From a virus, in the IMG/VR virus record IMGVR_UViG_3300034065_000148: a DNA stretch of 35,696 nt, one strand, 5' to 3'. The notes below the pieces were generated by a model. It ran no database searches, was not told where the DNA came from, and saw nothing but the letters and a program-made list of their open reading frames with translations. Of the stretch, positions 21,720 to 30,137 are shown one piece after another. How positions within the stretch are numbered: the first letter of the stretch is position 1; every line of letters begins with the position of its first letter. Position numbers and translations under genes: made by a program.

Positions 21720-21846
21720 CGTTAAAAGCCCTTCTTAGTTGAGTTGTTGCATCTTGGGCCATTCGTAGCCTCCACTCAACATAACATCCCCAACCGAGTG
21801 CTAGGGCCCCTCCGACTGCCATTGTTATGTCCTGCCAACTGGTCAT
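21637..21846 (-). CDS. Small N-terminal-TM protein with a charged helical tail (possible i-spanin/holin-associated)
   Basis: The ATG at 21846 forms an ATGA overlap with the upstream gene (the track start at 21987 is unlikely). MTSWQDITMAVGGALALGWGCYVEW... Confidence 0.5.
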   Translation of the reverse strand: MTSWQDITMAVGGALALGWGCYVEWRLRMAQDATTQLRRAFNDAKIADAVKSEPDSDLKSELLADIKSK

Positions 21847-22115
21847 GATACCGCTGGAGGTTTCGTGCCTATTGTTTTCAAGAATCCGATAAGAGATGCC
21901 AAAATCCCGCCGAAACCCGTTGTTGATGGGAAAAGAAGAGATAAGGACTCTGAAACTCCTAGGAGTATTGTCGCAACGAGGCCCCAATTGGTTTCAAACC
22001 ATCCGAATACAGATCCTAATGCCGATGCATTGACTGTTGTGCCAGCGGCCGGAGCAACTGTTTGAGCTAAAATAGCTATCGGAAACAAAAGAACCAAACC
22101 AATTACTAATTTCAT
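21843..22115 (-). CDS. Multi-TM small membrane protein, holin candidate
   Basis: 90 aa with three hydrophobic segments (LVIGLVLLFPIAILA, WGLVATILLGV, GFGGILASLIGFL). Confidence 0.5.
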   Translation of the reverse strand: MKLVIGLVLLFPIAILAQTVAPAAGTTVNASALGSVFGWFETNWGLVATILLGVSESLSLLFPSTTGFGGILASLIGFLKTIGTKPPAVS

Positions 22116-22124
22116 ATTTTCCCC

Positions 22125-22556
22125 TTATAGTTTAATTACACGGCCAAGATTGGCCATTTTTTTGTCCATATTATCAACTCGATCCATTGTTTTCTGAAAA
22201 CTTACCGTGATGTTAACCAACTTTTGTTGGAATTCATCATATTTTTTAACCAGGTCTAAAGACATGGCATTTAAGCCCTTTTCAATGGTTCCAACCATTT
22301 TTACAGATTCCATTACCTGTTTCATAAGAACTTCGTGCTGCAAGACCATTGGTTTTATTGTGTCCATAACCTCGTTTAGATAATTAATGGATTTCATAAT
22401 ATTGTCATTTTTTAGATTCTCAACTGAAAGTTGAAGTTCGGCTCTTTGATTATTTGACCGTTCGATTTTAAGAAATATGATCTTAATCATCCAGAAGATA
22501 AAGGCCATAACAGATGCCATAGCAGTCCAAAAAGAAGGTAGGCTTAAGAAATCCAT
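22125..22556 (-). CDS. Membrane-anchored coiled-coil protein
   Basis: 143 aa. TM segment FWTAMASVMAFIFWMIKIIFL followed by heptad-like sequence. Confidence 0.6.
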   Translation of the reverse strand: MDFLSLPSFWTAMASVMAFIFWMIKIIFLKIERSNNQRAELQLSVENLKNDNIMKSINYLNEVMDTIKPMVLQHEVLMKQVMESVKMVGTIEKGLNAMSLDLVKKYDEFQQKLVNITVSFQKTMDRVDNMDKKMANLGRVIKL

Positions 22557-22569
22557 ATGCTTTTAAGCA

Positions 22570-22598
22570 TTGCCAAATTAAGAGCAAAAAGCTAACTA
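22570..22598 (+). promoter_or_regulatory. Sigma-70-type promoter candidate for the Wzy-like moron
   Basis: TTGCCA (22570-22575), a 17-nt spacer, then TAACTA (22593-22598). GAGGGG RBS, ATG at 22615. Confidence 0.45.
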
Positions 22599-22614
22599 AA
22601 TATGAGGGGAATCC

Positions 22615-23856
22615 ATGCCTATATTGATCATAACGAGTTTAATGTTTTTGACCTTCATTTTATTTCCGAATTGTACAAACCGAGTTTTCTACGAATCTGA
22701 CATTGGCCTAGGACTTATAACGTTATTGCTAGCCTGGAGATTAAAAAAGATCCATTGGTCAGTGGGCCTCATGTTCTTAATCTCGGCGAGTTCCGTTTTA
22801 CTACTCATGAACAATCAAGACATTTACCAACATACTCTTCCAGAAGGCTATCACCTTAAAATCGCTGCAATAACTGTTTCCACGTACATCACATTATTGC
22901 TATTTGGAATGTTACCTTTGTTGCTGAACAAAGATGCGTTTAAAAATATATTCACCATCCTTTTTGCTATAGCTGTAATTGACTCAATTTGGATGTTAGT
23001 TAGATCTGTAATTTATGGCCCAGATCAGTGCTACGCAATGATGTCAAACTCTGCAATTGATGCGTCTTTTATTGCGTGTTTTATTCCTATAGCATTGTCG
23101 TTTTTTAAAAAAAGAGAAATAATGTGGTTAGAAGGGATATTTTTACTAATCCCTATGGTTTTGGCAATTATAGTTTCAAAGAGTTCGACTGGTATTGCAG
23201 GGATTGGAATCGCCATCGCCTCTTATTTATTTATGGAATACGGGCTTAAATCACTTAAAATAATAGCTCCGTTGGCTTTGGCAATATGTGGAGGAGCTTA
23301 CATTTACCTCAAAGATGAGTTACTAAATCCTAATGGTCGTTATGGAATATGGAAAGGCTCACTTGATTTCTTCTTAAAAGAAACACACATATTAATTGGA
23401 TCTGGAATTGGAACATTTTTTATGTGGGGACCAGAGATTCAGATGCATAATAACAATTCTCTGGGGAGTAATGGTCAGCAGGCTTTATTTATTTGGATGC
23501 ATAACGATTGGCTTCAAGTTCTTTTTGAAATGGGAATTATTGGATTAGCTGGCCTTATAATTCTATATTCATGTTTACTTCTGAGTTCATGGAAGAAGAA
23601 AAATGCTCTATTTCCGATGCTATGTACTTACGGATTTATAGGGCTTACACAAATGCCACTAAGAGCTTTTCCGTTTCAAGTTTTGGGAGCTTGTTTGATA
23701 ATTATTAGTTTTAAATTAGAAAATTCTTATAACTGTCCATTCAATAGAGGGAACAATAGACCCTGCGCTTATAATCGCTATAGTTCCGGCATTAACAGCG
23801 CCTTGAATTTTAATTGTATTTGCCGAAGTATTTGCAGGCGCATATATCCCAGTTAG
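22615..23856 (+). CDS. O-antigen ligase/polymerase-like (Wzy_C domain) integral membrane protein
   Basis: About 10 or more hydrophobic segments. Periplasmic-loop motif NGRYGIWKGSL...GSGIGTF...IWMHNDWLQVLFEMGIIGL is typical of the O-antigen ligase/Wzy family. The last 44 codons are antisense to the fibre gene. Confidence 0.7.
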   Translation: MPILIITSLMFLTFILFPNCTNRVFYESDIGLGLITLLLAWRLKKIHWSVGLMFLISASSVLLLMNNQDIYQHTLPEGYHLKIAAITVSTYITLLLFGMLPLLLNKDAFKNIFTILFAIAVIDSIWMLVRSVIYGPDQCYAMMSNSAIDASFIACFIPIALSFFKKREIMWLEGIFLLIPMVLAIIVSKSSTGIAGIGIAIASYLFMEYGLKSLKIIAPLALAICGGAYIYLKDELLNPNGRYGIWKGSLDFFLKETHILIGSGIGTFFMWGPEIQMHNNNSLGSNGQQALFIWMHNDWLQVLFEMGIIGLAGLIILYSCLLLSSWKKKNALFPMLCTYGFIGLTQMPLRAFPFQVLGACLIIISFKLENSYNCPFNRGNNRPCAYNRYSSGINSALNFNCICRSICRRIYPS

Positions 23857-25926
23857 GGTCATTGACGGGAAGCTTGAAACTGCCCCCGGCTGTGAATCTC
23901 TCGTGCTTATTATTGTTGTGCCGTCTGTGAGGCTAAATGAGGGATCGTCTCCCGAACTCGCCACGCCACCGTAAGTGAAACTAGCGGTTATTTGAAAAAC
24001 TTGTGAGCTACTGCCTGGAGTAAAAACAATCCCAGGTAAACTACCAGCCGCAGCTGTTACCGTAATACCAGATGATTTTCTAGTCGTTAAGGTGTTTGTC
24101 GAGGTAGTTGATGGGTCAGCTAGTGCCGTTGTAGAATATACCCAGCCAACTGTAGGACTATTCACAGTACTGCCAGAAAAATAAGACCCAGTTACTGATG
24201 TTGCTGCAGCTTGAAATGTAGGAGCAACTCCGGCACCATTAGAAGTTAAAACACTTCCACTTGACCCTACCGCCGTAGAACTAACCGCCGTTCCACTTGT
24301 TGCGTAAATAATTCCGTTTGTATTAAGTCCAGAAAACCCTGCTGGCAATGATCCTTGAGCTGATTCATACATCCAAGACCATGATGCTGTCCCTGTGCCG
24401 CCGCTCGTATTTATACATACAAGTTTAAGAACAGTATTCGCCGCCATCGCCTGTATTACGTTTGCTCCAGAGCTTTCTACAGTTACAACGCCAGTTGAAA
24501 GATTGAATATTTCAAACCCTTGCCCTTGAGCAAGTCCTGTTACAACTGGCAATGTTACTGTCTGAGTTGTTGACCCAGTGAAAAATTGATAATAGTTACT
24601 CCCAACCAATAAGGCTGTAGTCCCGGCAGCGGTAGCAGTTGAAGTGCCTGCAGGGATATAAGAGTCAAAAGACATATTTTTATTAGCATCCCATTCGGCA
24701 ATAGTAGATGCTGCTGGGGAAGAGCTAAAAGCGTTTGATGTGAGTGCCTTACTTCCATTTACTGTTAGAGCCTGACTCGCCGTGACTGATGAGAAGACAG
24801 GAGCGCTTGTAAATGTCTGAGCATTTGCAAATGTTTGAGCAAGTCCAAGTGTTGCAACCGAATCACCTGCTGTTATATTTGGGAATTTCAAAATCTGAGA
24901 AGTTGTTTGAGTTGGCTCTAGAGTAAGCGTTGTAGATGCAGAGTTATTGCTAGCATTGAACGCCAAGACCTTACTATTTGTTGTACTGTCTTCGATATTT
25001 AAAACGTTTGAGGTATCGATGATATTGGCAATTGTAGGCGTTGCGCTAAACGAAGGCGCCCCTGTTGCTCCACTTATTAATGGATTTCCAAGAGTCCCCG
25101 CAGCAGTAGAAGCCATAGTTGTCGTAGCAGAGAAGTATGGAACACCCCATTGAGTAGCAGATATTGCAGCTCCAGTTCCACCTCCAGCTATTGGTAAAAG
25201 TTGGAATGTAGGTGCAGCCGAAGAGTTAGCCACTAAAGGGTAATTTGCTGTTCCAGCCGATGTTGTTCCTAAGGTTGTCGTGGTTGGAGCATAACAAGCC
25301 CCGTATTGATTAAAGTTTGATCCTTGCCCAGTTCCACCAAGAGTGTTCGGTAAAGTTGTATCAACACCCCAAGCTCCAGAAGAAATAAAAGGAACTCCAG
25401 TTGATGATCCTGAATTTATCCCAGTTCCACCATAAGTTGAAGAAATCTTGGTTCCTTGCCAAATGCCAGTTCCAATTGTTCCGACTGTTGTGAGCGAAGA
25501 TTCGGTTGTTGTGTTAAGTGTTGTTGGTATATCAGCGGCTACAAGTGATCTAAATGTAGGGTCAGTAGCTCCGCCAGAACTGGGACCTGCAAAAACAGTA
25601 TTAGCAGATTGATTTTTTGCACTGAAAGTTAAAGTTCCGCTTCCAGTAACCGGACTTCCAGTAATTGAGTAAATAGCAGTAGATGAGCCATCGGCAAGAG
25701 CCACAGAACTCACTCCTCCACCTCCGCCAGACCCAACTGCCGTCCATGTATTTGCAGGATAACAAAGATTAAGTGTTGAGCTTCCAGATGAGAATCTAAG
25801 CGTTCCACTTCCACATTTCGAGGGTAGTGAATTTGGATTTAGGGTTAGGTAATTGAAAACTCCACCTTGTTGGGCCAGAGCTATAGTCCATACTAGATTA
25901 CATACTATAAATAATAGATATTTCAT
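23716..25926 (-). CDS. Tail-fibre-like S/T/G-rich protein carrying an N-terminal Sec-type signal peptide
   Basis: MKYLLFIVCNLVWTIALA|QQ. Fibre-type motifs: ANTVFAGPSSGGATDPTFRSLVAADIP and repeated GGTG (LGGTGQGS, AGGGTGAA, YGGTGINS). TAAATG junction with the upstream RBP gene. Confidence 0.7.
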   Translation of the reverse strand: MKYLLFIVCNLVWTIALAQQGGVFNYLTLNPNSLPSKCGSGTLRFSSGSSTLNLCYPANTWTAVGSGGGGGVSSVALADGSSTAIYSITGSPVTGSGTLTFSAKNQSANTVFAGPSSGGATDPTFRSLVAADIPTTLNTTTESSLTTVGTIGTGIWQGTKISSTYGGTGINSGSSTGVPFISSGAWGVDTTLPNTLGGTGQGSNFNQYGACYAPTTTTLGTTSAGTANYPLVANSSAAPTFQLLPIAGGGTGAAISATQWGVPYFSATTTMASTAAGTLGNPLISGATGAPSFSATPTIANIIDTSNVLNIEDSTTNSKVLAFNASNNSASTTLTLEPTQTTSQILKFPNITAGDSVATLGLAQTFANAQTFTSAPVFSSVTASQALTVNGSKALTSNAFSSSPAASTIAEWDANKNMSFDSYIPAGTSTATAAGTTALLVGSNYYQFFTGSTTQTVTLPVVTGLAQGQGFEIFNLSTGVVTVESSGANVIQAMAANTVLKLVCINTSGGTGTASWSWMYESAQGSLPAGFSGLNTNGIIYATSGTAVSSTAVGSSGSVLTSNGAGVAPTFQAAATSVTGSYFSGSTVNSPTVGWVYSTTALADPSTTSTNTLTTRKSSGITVTAAAGSLPGIVFTPGSSSQVFQITASFTYGGVASSGDDPSFSLTDGTTIISTRDSQPGAVSSFPSMTLTGIYAPANTSANTIKIQGAVNAGTIAIISAGSIVPSIEWTVIRIF

Positions 25927-26604
25927 TTACCCTACCATGTTTTCAATTTCATAATAAACAGTTACTGATCCTTGAGATAGAGCGCTAAGATTTGCTCCAG
26001 TTGACACAGCATTCAAATAAATAATCGTTGGGTTTGCCCACGATCCAATATAGTCAGTTGTCGAGTTATCAAATGACTGATCCGCTACTGATTGATAAAG
26101 ATCAAATTGATTAATAAACTCTGTAAAATTACCAGTAGGCCCTACTTGAGCATAAACATCAGTTATGCTAGTTCCAATGAAATTAGTTGAGTGTTTTATG
26201 ACGATATTCTTTAAGATATATCCTGCTGGCAATGTGAATAGGGCTACGTTTTTTGAAGTTCCAGAAGTTTGAAGTTGAGTGTAAGCAACAGACACACTAT
26301 CAAAGCTTGATGATAATGCTAAAATTTGAGATGCAATACTTTGAATGTTATCTACAGTTTCAATAACATTATTTAGAGAATCCTCTAGGACAAATTTATA
26401 TGAACTTGGACCAATCCATATTGAAGCCTGTCCAGAAGAATCTAAAACAACTGGATTTGTATTTGGAGTAAGCCCAGTCTCATCGGTATAGGTCGCAAGC
26501 GGCGTCGATGTACCTGCAGCATAAGTATATAAAAAACCTCCAGCTAAAGGCAATCCATTCGCATCAAAATACTGCTGTCTAAATGCCGGAGCTAACTCAG
26601 ACAT
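25927..26604 (-). CDS. Receptor-binding protein 2 (short tail spike/fibre sharing the N-terminal anchor domain with RBP1)
   Basis: The ATG at 26604 follows a GAGGAG RBS (the track start at 26673 is unlikely). N-terminus FDANGLPLAGGFLYTYAAGTSTPLATYTDETGLTPNTNPVVLDSSG. Confidence 0.7.
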   Translation of the reverse strand: MSELAPAFRQQYFDANGLPLAGGFLYTYAAGTSTPLATYTDETGLTPNTNPVVLDSSGQASIWIGPSSYKFVLEDSLNNVIETVDNIQSIASQILALSSSFDSVSVAYTQLQTSGTSKNVALFTLPAGYILKNIVIKHSTNFIGTSITDVYAQVGPTGNFTEFINQFDLYQSVADQSFDNSTTDYIGSWANPTIIYLNAVSTGANLSALSQGSVTVYYEIENMVG

Positions 26605-28387
26605 TTGGAACTCCTCTCGTCCATATAAATGCATTTGAAGGAAGGACCGAAGCTGTCTGATAGACCTGAACATATGGAGTTACGGTATTTCCAAGGGCTA
26701 TGTATTTCTTGGTAGGATGCCAGCTAATATTTGTAAGTAAACCCACTGGAAGAGTATTCAAATTGGCTTGTATTGTGAAAACCGGTGTACTCGTTGGATT
26801 TGTTACTTTATAAACTGCTAGATATGGTGAGCTTCCTGTCCCATAGGCTAAATATTCGCTATTAGGTGACCAAGAAAGTCCTGATCCTGAATCTGCCGTT
26901 AACACTGGAGGATTTGATAGTTGAGTAAACGTTCCTTCTACAACTTGAAAATTCAATATAAAGGGAGTGACTGCTAATAAAACTGAAAAGAAATTCCCAT
27001 CAGGTGACCATGCGAAATCAAATATATCTCCTACATATGAGCTAAGAACTGGAGCTGTGAAACCAGTAAATTGATCTCCGGATCTGAAATACATGTCAAT
27101 AACTTGAGAACTGTGGTCATACATCGCCAAATAAGATGAATCATGAGACCATTTGAATTGAAATCCAGCACTGTTACCGGTTAAACCACTCAAACCGGCA
27201 GCACTTGTTATATCTGTGAATAAAACACCGTTATTTTGTATATCAATATTACTTGGAGTAATAGTGCCAGCGTAGGTTATTGTAGGATCAGATCCTCCGC
27301 TAGCTGCCCCTGTTACATAATAATCAGTTCCAGTTCCAGAAAAATCAACGCCTACTGGAGTTGAGACCGGAACCGTATTGGTTACAGATAAAAACCCCCC
27401 TCTCTTATAGAGAATAAATCCAAACTCAGTCTGTCCAGCAATATTTTTGTATTGCCAAGAAAGACCCAAATAATCGCTGTTAGGAGAAAACTCAACAAAT
27501 GTTCCAAATATGTTTGAAACTCCAGTTGGCAGAGATGAAGGAGTTGGAAGCAGATTAAAAGTTCCTCCAACTTTTTGATAAATATAAATCCAAGGAGTGC
27601 TAACTGTTGCAACAGCTAAGAAGTCTCCACACGGCGACCAGGTAATGCTAACAACTCCGCTTGTTGGAAGTGATACCGGTTGACCAATATTTATTAATGT
27701 TCCTTGAGTTTCATCTAATTGATAAATGTTTAAATAAGCGGAACTTCCATTTCCAACGGCTAAAAATTCTCCGCTTGGACACCATTTCGCAATTCCAGCA
27801 CTTGTTGGAGCATTACCGAAGCCGCCAAAAAGCGTAGGCGTCGTCCATTCATATTGAGGAATTTGTCTTATAGATCCAGGATCCGAAAAATCCCTCACAT
27901 ATTTGTAAAGAACTTCCATTACATTATTGGGATTGAAATTATTTGGAGTTAATGATTGTGCGACAATAGCTAGCTCATTACTTCCATTTATTCCAATTGT
28001 GACGTTATCGACATCGGCATTCAAAGCCCCCGTCCCGTCTTGATATAGCCCAAGTCCAGCTATATCATCTGCGAGCATGGTTTTATCAATTGTGCCTAGA
28101 TTGATATATTTAACATTATCGACGGTCCATTGAACCACACCTAGAGAATCTGTGAGCACGAACTTATAGGAATTCTCACTCATCCAAATATTCGCGGCAC
28201 CTACAGAATTTAAAACTATGGGATTTGTGTTTGCTGTTAGAGCAGTCTCATCAGTATACGTCGCTTGTGGCGTCGAAGTTCCCGCTTGATAAGAATAAAG
28301 AAGGCCCCCTACTAAAGGAAGGCCTGTAAACGTTCCAGTTATTCCAAAGAATTGCTGATATACGTTTGGAAGTAATTGAGCCGTCAT
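26597..28387 (-). CDS. Receptor-binding protein 1: conserved spike-anchor N-domain plus a seven-repeat beta-propeller-like C-terminal region
   Basis: N-terminus GLPLVGGLLYSYQAGTSTPQATYTDETALTANTNPIVLNSVG. Seven repeats of the WSPDG-type: KWCPSGEFLAV, TWSPCGDFLAV, EFSPNSDYLGL, KWSHDSSYLAM, AWSPDGNFFSV, SWSPNSEYLAY and SWHPTKKYIAL. Confidence 0.7.
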   Translation of the reverse strand: MTAQLLPNVYQQFFGITGTFTGLPLVGGLLYSYQAGTSTPQATYTDETALTANTNPIVLNSVGAANIWMSENSYKFVLTDSLGVVQWTVDNVKYINLGTIDKTMLADDIAGLGLYQDGTGALNADVDNVTIGINGSNELAIVAQSLTPNNFNPNNVMEVLYKYVRDFSDPGSIRQIPQYEWTTPTLFGGFGNAPTSAGIAKWCPSGEFLAVGNGSSAYLNIYQLDETQGTLINIGQPVSLPTSGVVSITWSPCGDFLAVATVSTPWIYIYQKVGGTFNLLPTPSSLPTGVSNIFGTFVEFSPNSDYLGLSWQYKNIAGQTEFGFILYKRGGFLSVTNTVPVSTPVGVDFSGTGTDYYVTGAASGGSDPTITYAGTITPSNIDIQNNGVLFTDITSAAGLSGLTGNSAGFQFKWSHDSSYLAMYDHSSQVIDMYFRSGDQFTGFTAPVLSSYVGDIFDFAWSPDGNFFSVLLAVTPFILNFQVVEGTFTQLSNPPVLTADSGSGLSWSPNSEYLAYGTGSSPYLAVYKVTNPTSTPVFTIQANLNTLPVGLLTNISWHPTKKYIALGNTVTPYVQVYQTASVLPSNAFIWTRGVPNV

Positions 28388-28647
28388 TTCGCTGCCAAAC
28401 TTTTCTTGATATGTCCAATGATATCATCTAGTGGTTTTGATCCAGGTTCATAGTTTGAAGCGGTTATTAGAAGTTGCTTCATCTTTGGATCGAGCATTAG
28501 CTTTCCGCCATGTTCTTCTAATAAAGCACGATCTTCGTCACCAACATGGCCCTTTAGCTTTTGGAGGCCATCATTCATCCACTTTTCTTCGCCCATAGCA
28601 GGCTTTGCAATTTGGTTTGGAGCTATTGGCATAGGTTGAGTAATCAT
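28384..28647 (-). CDS. Hypothetical tail-module protein
   Basis: 87-aa ORF with ATGA overlaps on both sides. Confidence 0.6.
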   Translation of the reverse strand: MITQPMPIAPNQIAKPAMGEEKWMNDGLQKLKGHVGDEDRALLEEHGGKLMLDPKMKQLLITASNYEPGSKPLDDIIGHIKKSLAAK

Positions 28648-30137
28648 TGGTTATTCTCCGGATTAAGATTTGATAACCCCTTACCTATTAGCGAAGGAGC
28701 ATACTTTGAAGTGCCTTGAACAGCTTGTGATGCCATCGAACCAGCATTTATAAGTCCCTTTGTTCCAAGAGGAGATGCTATTCCTTCAGCGATAACTGCT
28801 CCGGGAGCATGACCAACTGCATACCCTAATGCTCCAGCAGCACCTATTCTAGTTAGAGATTTACCTGTAGAATCAACGGGTAATACTGCCGCTTTACCGA
28901 ATTGTTTTGCTGCTGCAATTTTCCTGGCGGCTCCTAAGAAATCATGTCCGGTGATATCTCCAAGTTCTTTTAGATGCATCTCATTAGCTTCATTCTCTCC
29001 ACTGCCAGCCGAATAAAGAGATGATCCAGTCTTGCCCTCAGCAAGCATATTTCTATTCATCGTATCTTCAAGATCATGCAATTGAGAAAGCGTGTCGTTT
29101 GCTTGTGCTACTTCTGGAGCCGCTGTATTAACAACCCTTCTAGCCATAGCTCCTCCAACCTTTGCAGCTTTTTGAGCCATGCTACCATTTTGAAATATCT
29201 GTCCATTTTTTGAATAAGAGCCTTGAGCTTGTTCTTGAAGCCAAGATTTTAGATCACTTGCATCTTTAAGTTGTAATTGGCCAGAGCCGTCAGATAATGA
29301 TTTTACTTTTGATATCATATCATCAACTTGATCTATTTCTTCGGGACGAAGTTTTGCATTTATCTGTAGTTTAGAAGAATTTAAAGCATCAATAATTGGT
29401 TTAGAATCAACAGTTTGACCCGCTCTATTTGAAAATGAATCTGATAATTGTTGACCTAATTGTTTACGAGTATTTTGTACGTGAGCATTGATTTCTTCTC
29501 TTAAACCATCAGCCATTTTTTGAGGGCTATAATTAGCATCTGCCGCAATTTGATTTATGCCTTGTGGATCGGATGCATATGTTTCAAGAACTTTTTGTGG
29601 AATACCAGTAAATGTACTACCAATTTTTGACCCTGCTTGAGCCACCTTATCTATTAAATATTGGCCTGGTTTACTATTTGCTGCAGCCCCTGCACCTAAA
29701 CCGATAAGCCTTCCACCCATTTCATTTGTTGCTCCCTCAATAGCTCCTTTTACTGGGTTTCCATAAATGTCTGATCTCGTCTTATCCTGCCCAAGAATGT
29801 ATTGCTCGCCTAGATTCTTTGCTGCTTCTCCCAATGCACTTCCTCCAGCAGCTCCAGCTACAGCCCCTGGAATTGTACCAGCGCCTAGTGTTTCAGGAGT
29901 TGCGGCAGCTCCACCCACAAGAGATCCACCTACCATCCCAACAGTAGGTAGTGCATTAAGCCCACTTTGAATTACATTTCTAGGTGTGTGACCTAAAATT
30001 TGACGATCAAGCCATGAAGCAGGTTTAGCTCCGCCTTGGACTTGAATAGCTGCATCAATGTCCGCAATTGACGGTTTACTCTGAGCCGCTATCGCTGCAT
30101 CTATATCTGCAATAGTAGGATCGTTACCTGCTGCCAT
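28644..30137 (-). CDS. Internal virion / ejection protein (P22 gp16-position analog)
   Basis: 497 aa. G/A-rich hydrophobic N-terminal region and a duplicated IADIDAAI motif. Third of three consecutive low-complexity proteins after the hub. Confidence 0.55.
   Translation of the reverse strand: MAAGNDPTIADIDAAIAAQSKPSIADIDAAIQVQGGAKPASWLDRQILGHTPRNVIQSGLNALPTVGMVGGSLVGGAAATPETLGAGTIPGAVAGAAGGSALGEAAKNLGEQYILGQDKTRSDIYGNPVKGAIEGATNEMGGRLIGLGAGAAANSKPGQYLIDKVAQAGSKIGSTFTGIPQKVLETYASDPQGINQIAADANYSPQKMADGLREEINAHVQNTRKQLGQQLSDSFSNRAGQTVDSKPIIDALNSSKLQINAKLRPEEIDQVDDMISKVKSLSDGSGQLQLKDASDLKSWLQEQAQGSYSKNGQIFQNGSMAQKAAKVGGAMARRVVNTAAPEVAQANDTLSQLHDLEDTMNRNMLAEGKTGSSLYSAGSGENEANEMHLKELGDITGHDFLGAARKIAAAKQFGKAAVLPVDSTGKSLTRIGAAGALGYAVGHAPGAVIAEGIASPLGTKGLINAGSMASQAVQGTSKYAPSLIGKGLSNLNPENNQ

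Noticed and set aside
23716-28387. Diversity-generating retroelement targeting a fibre (as in BPP-1-like podophages)
   Set aside because: No reverse transcriptase ORF was found, and no template/variable repeat pair with adenine-specific differences was seen near the fibre C-termini.
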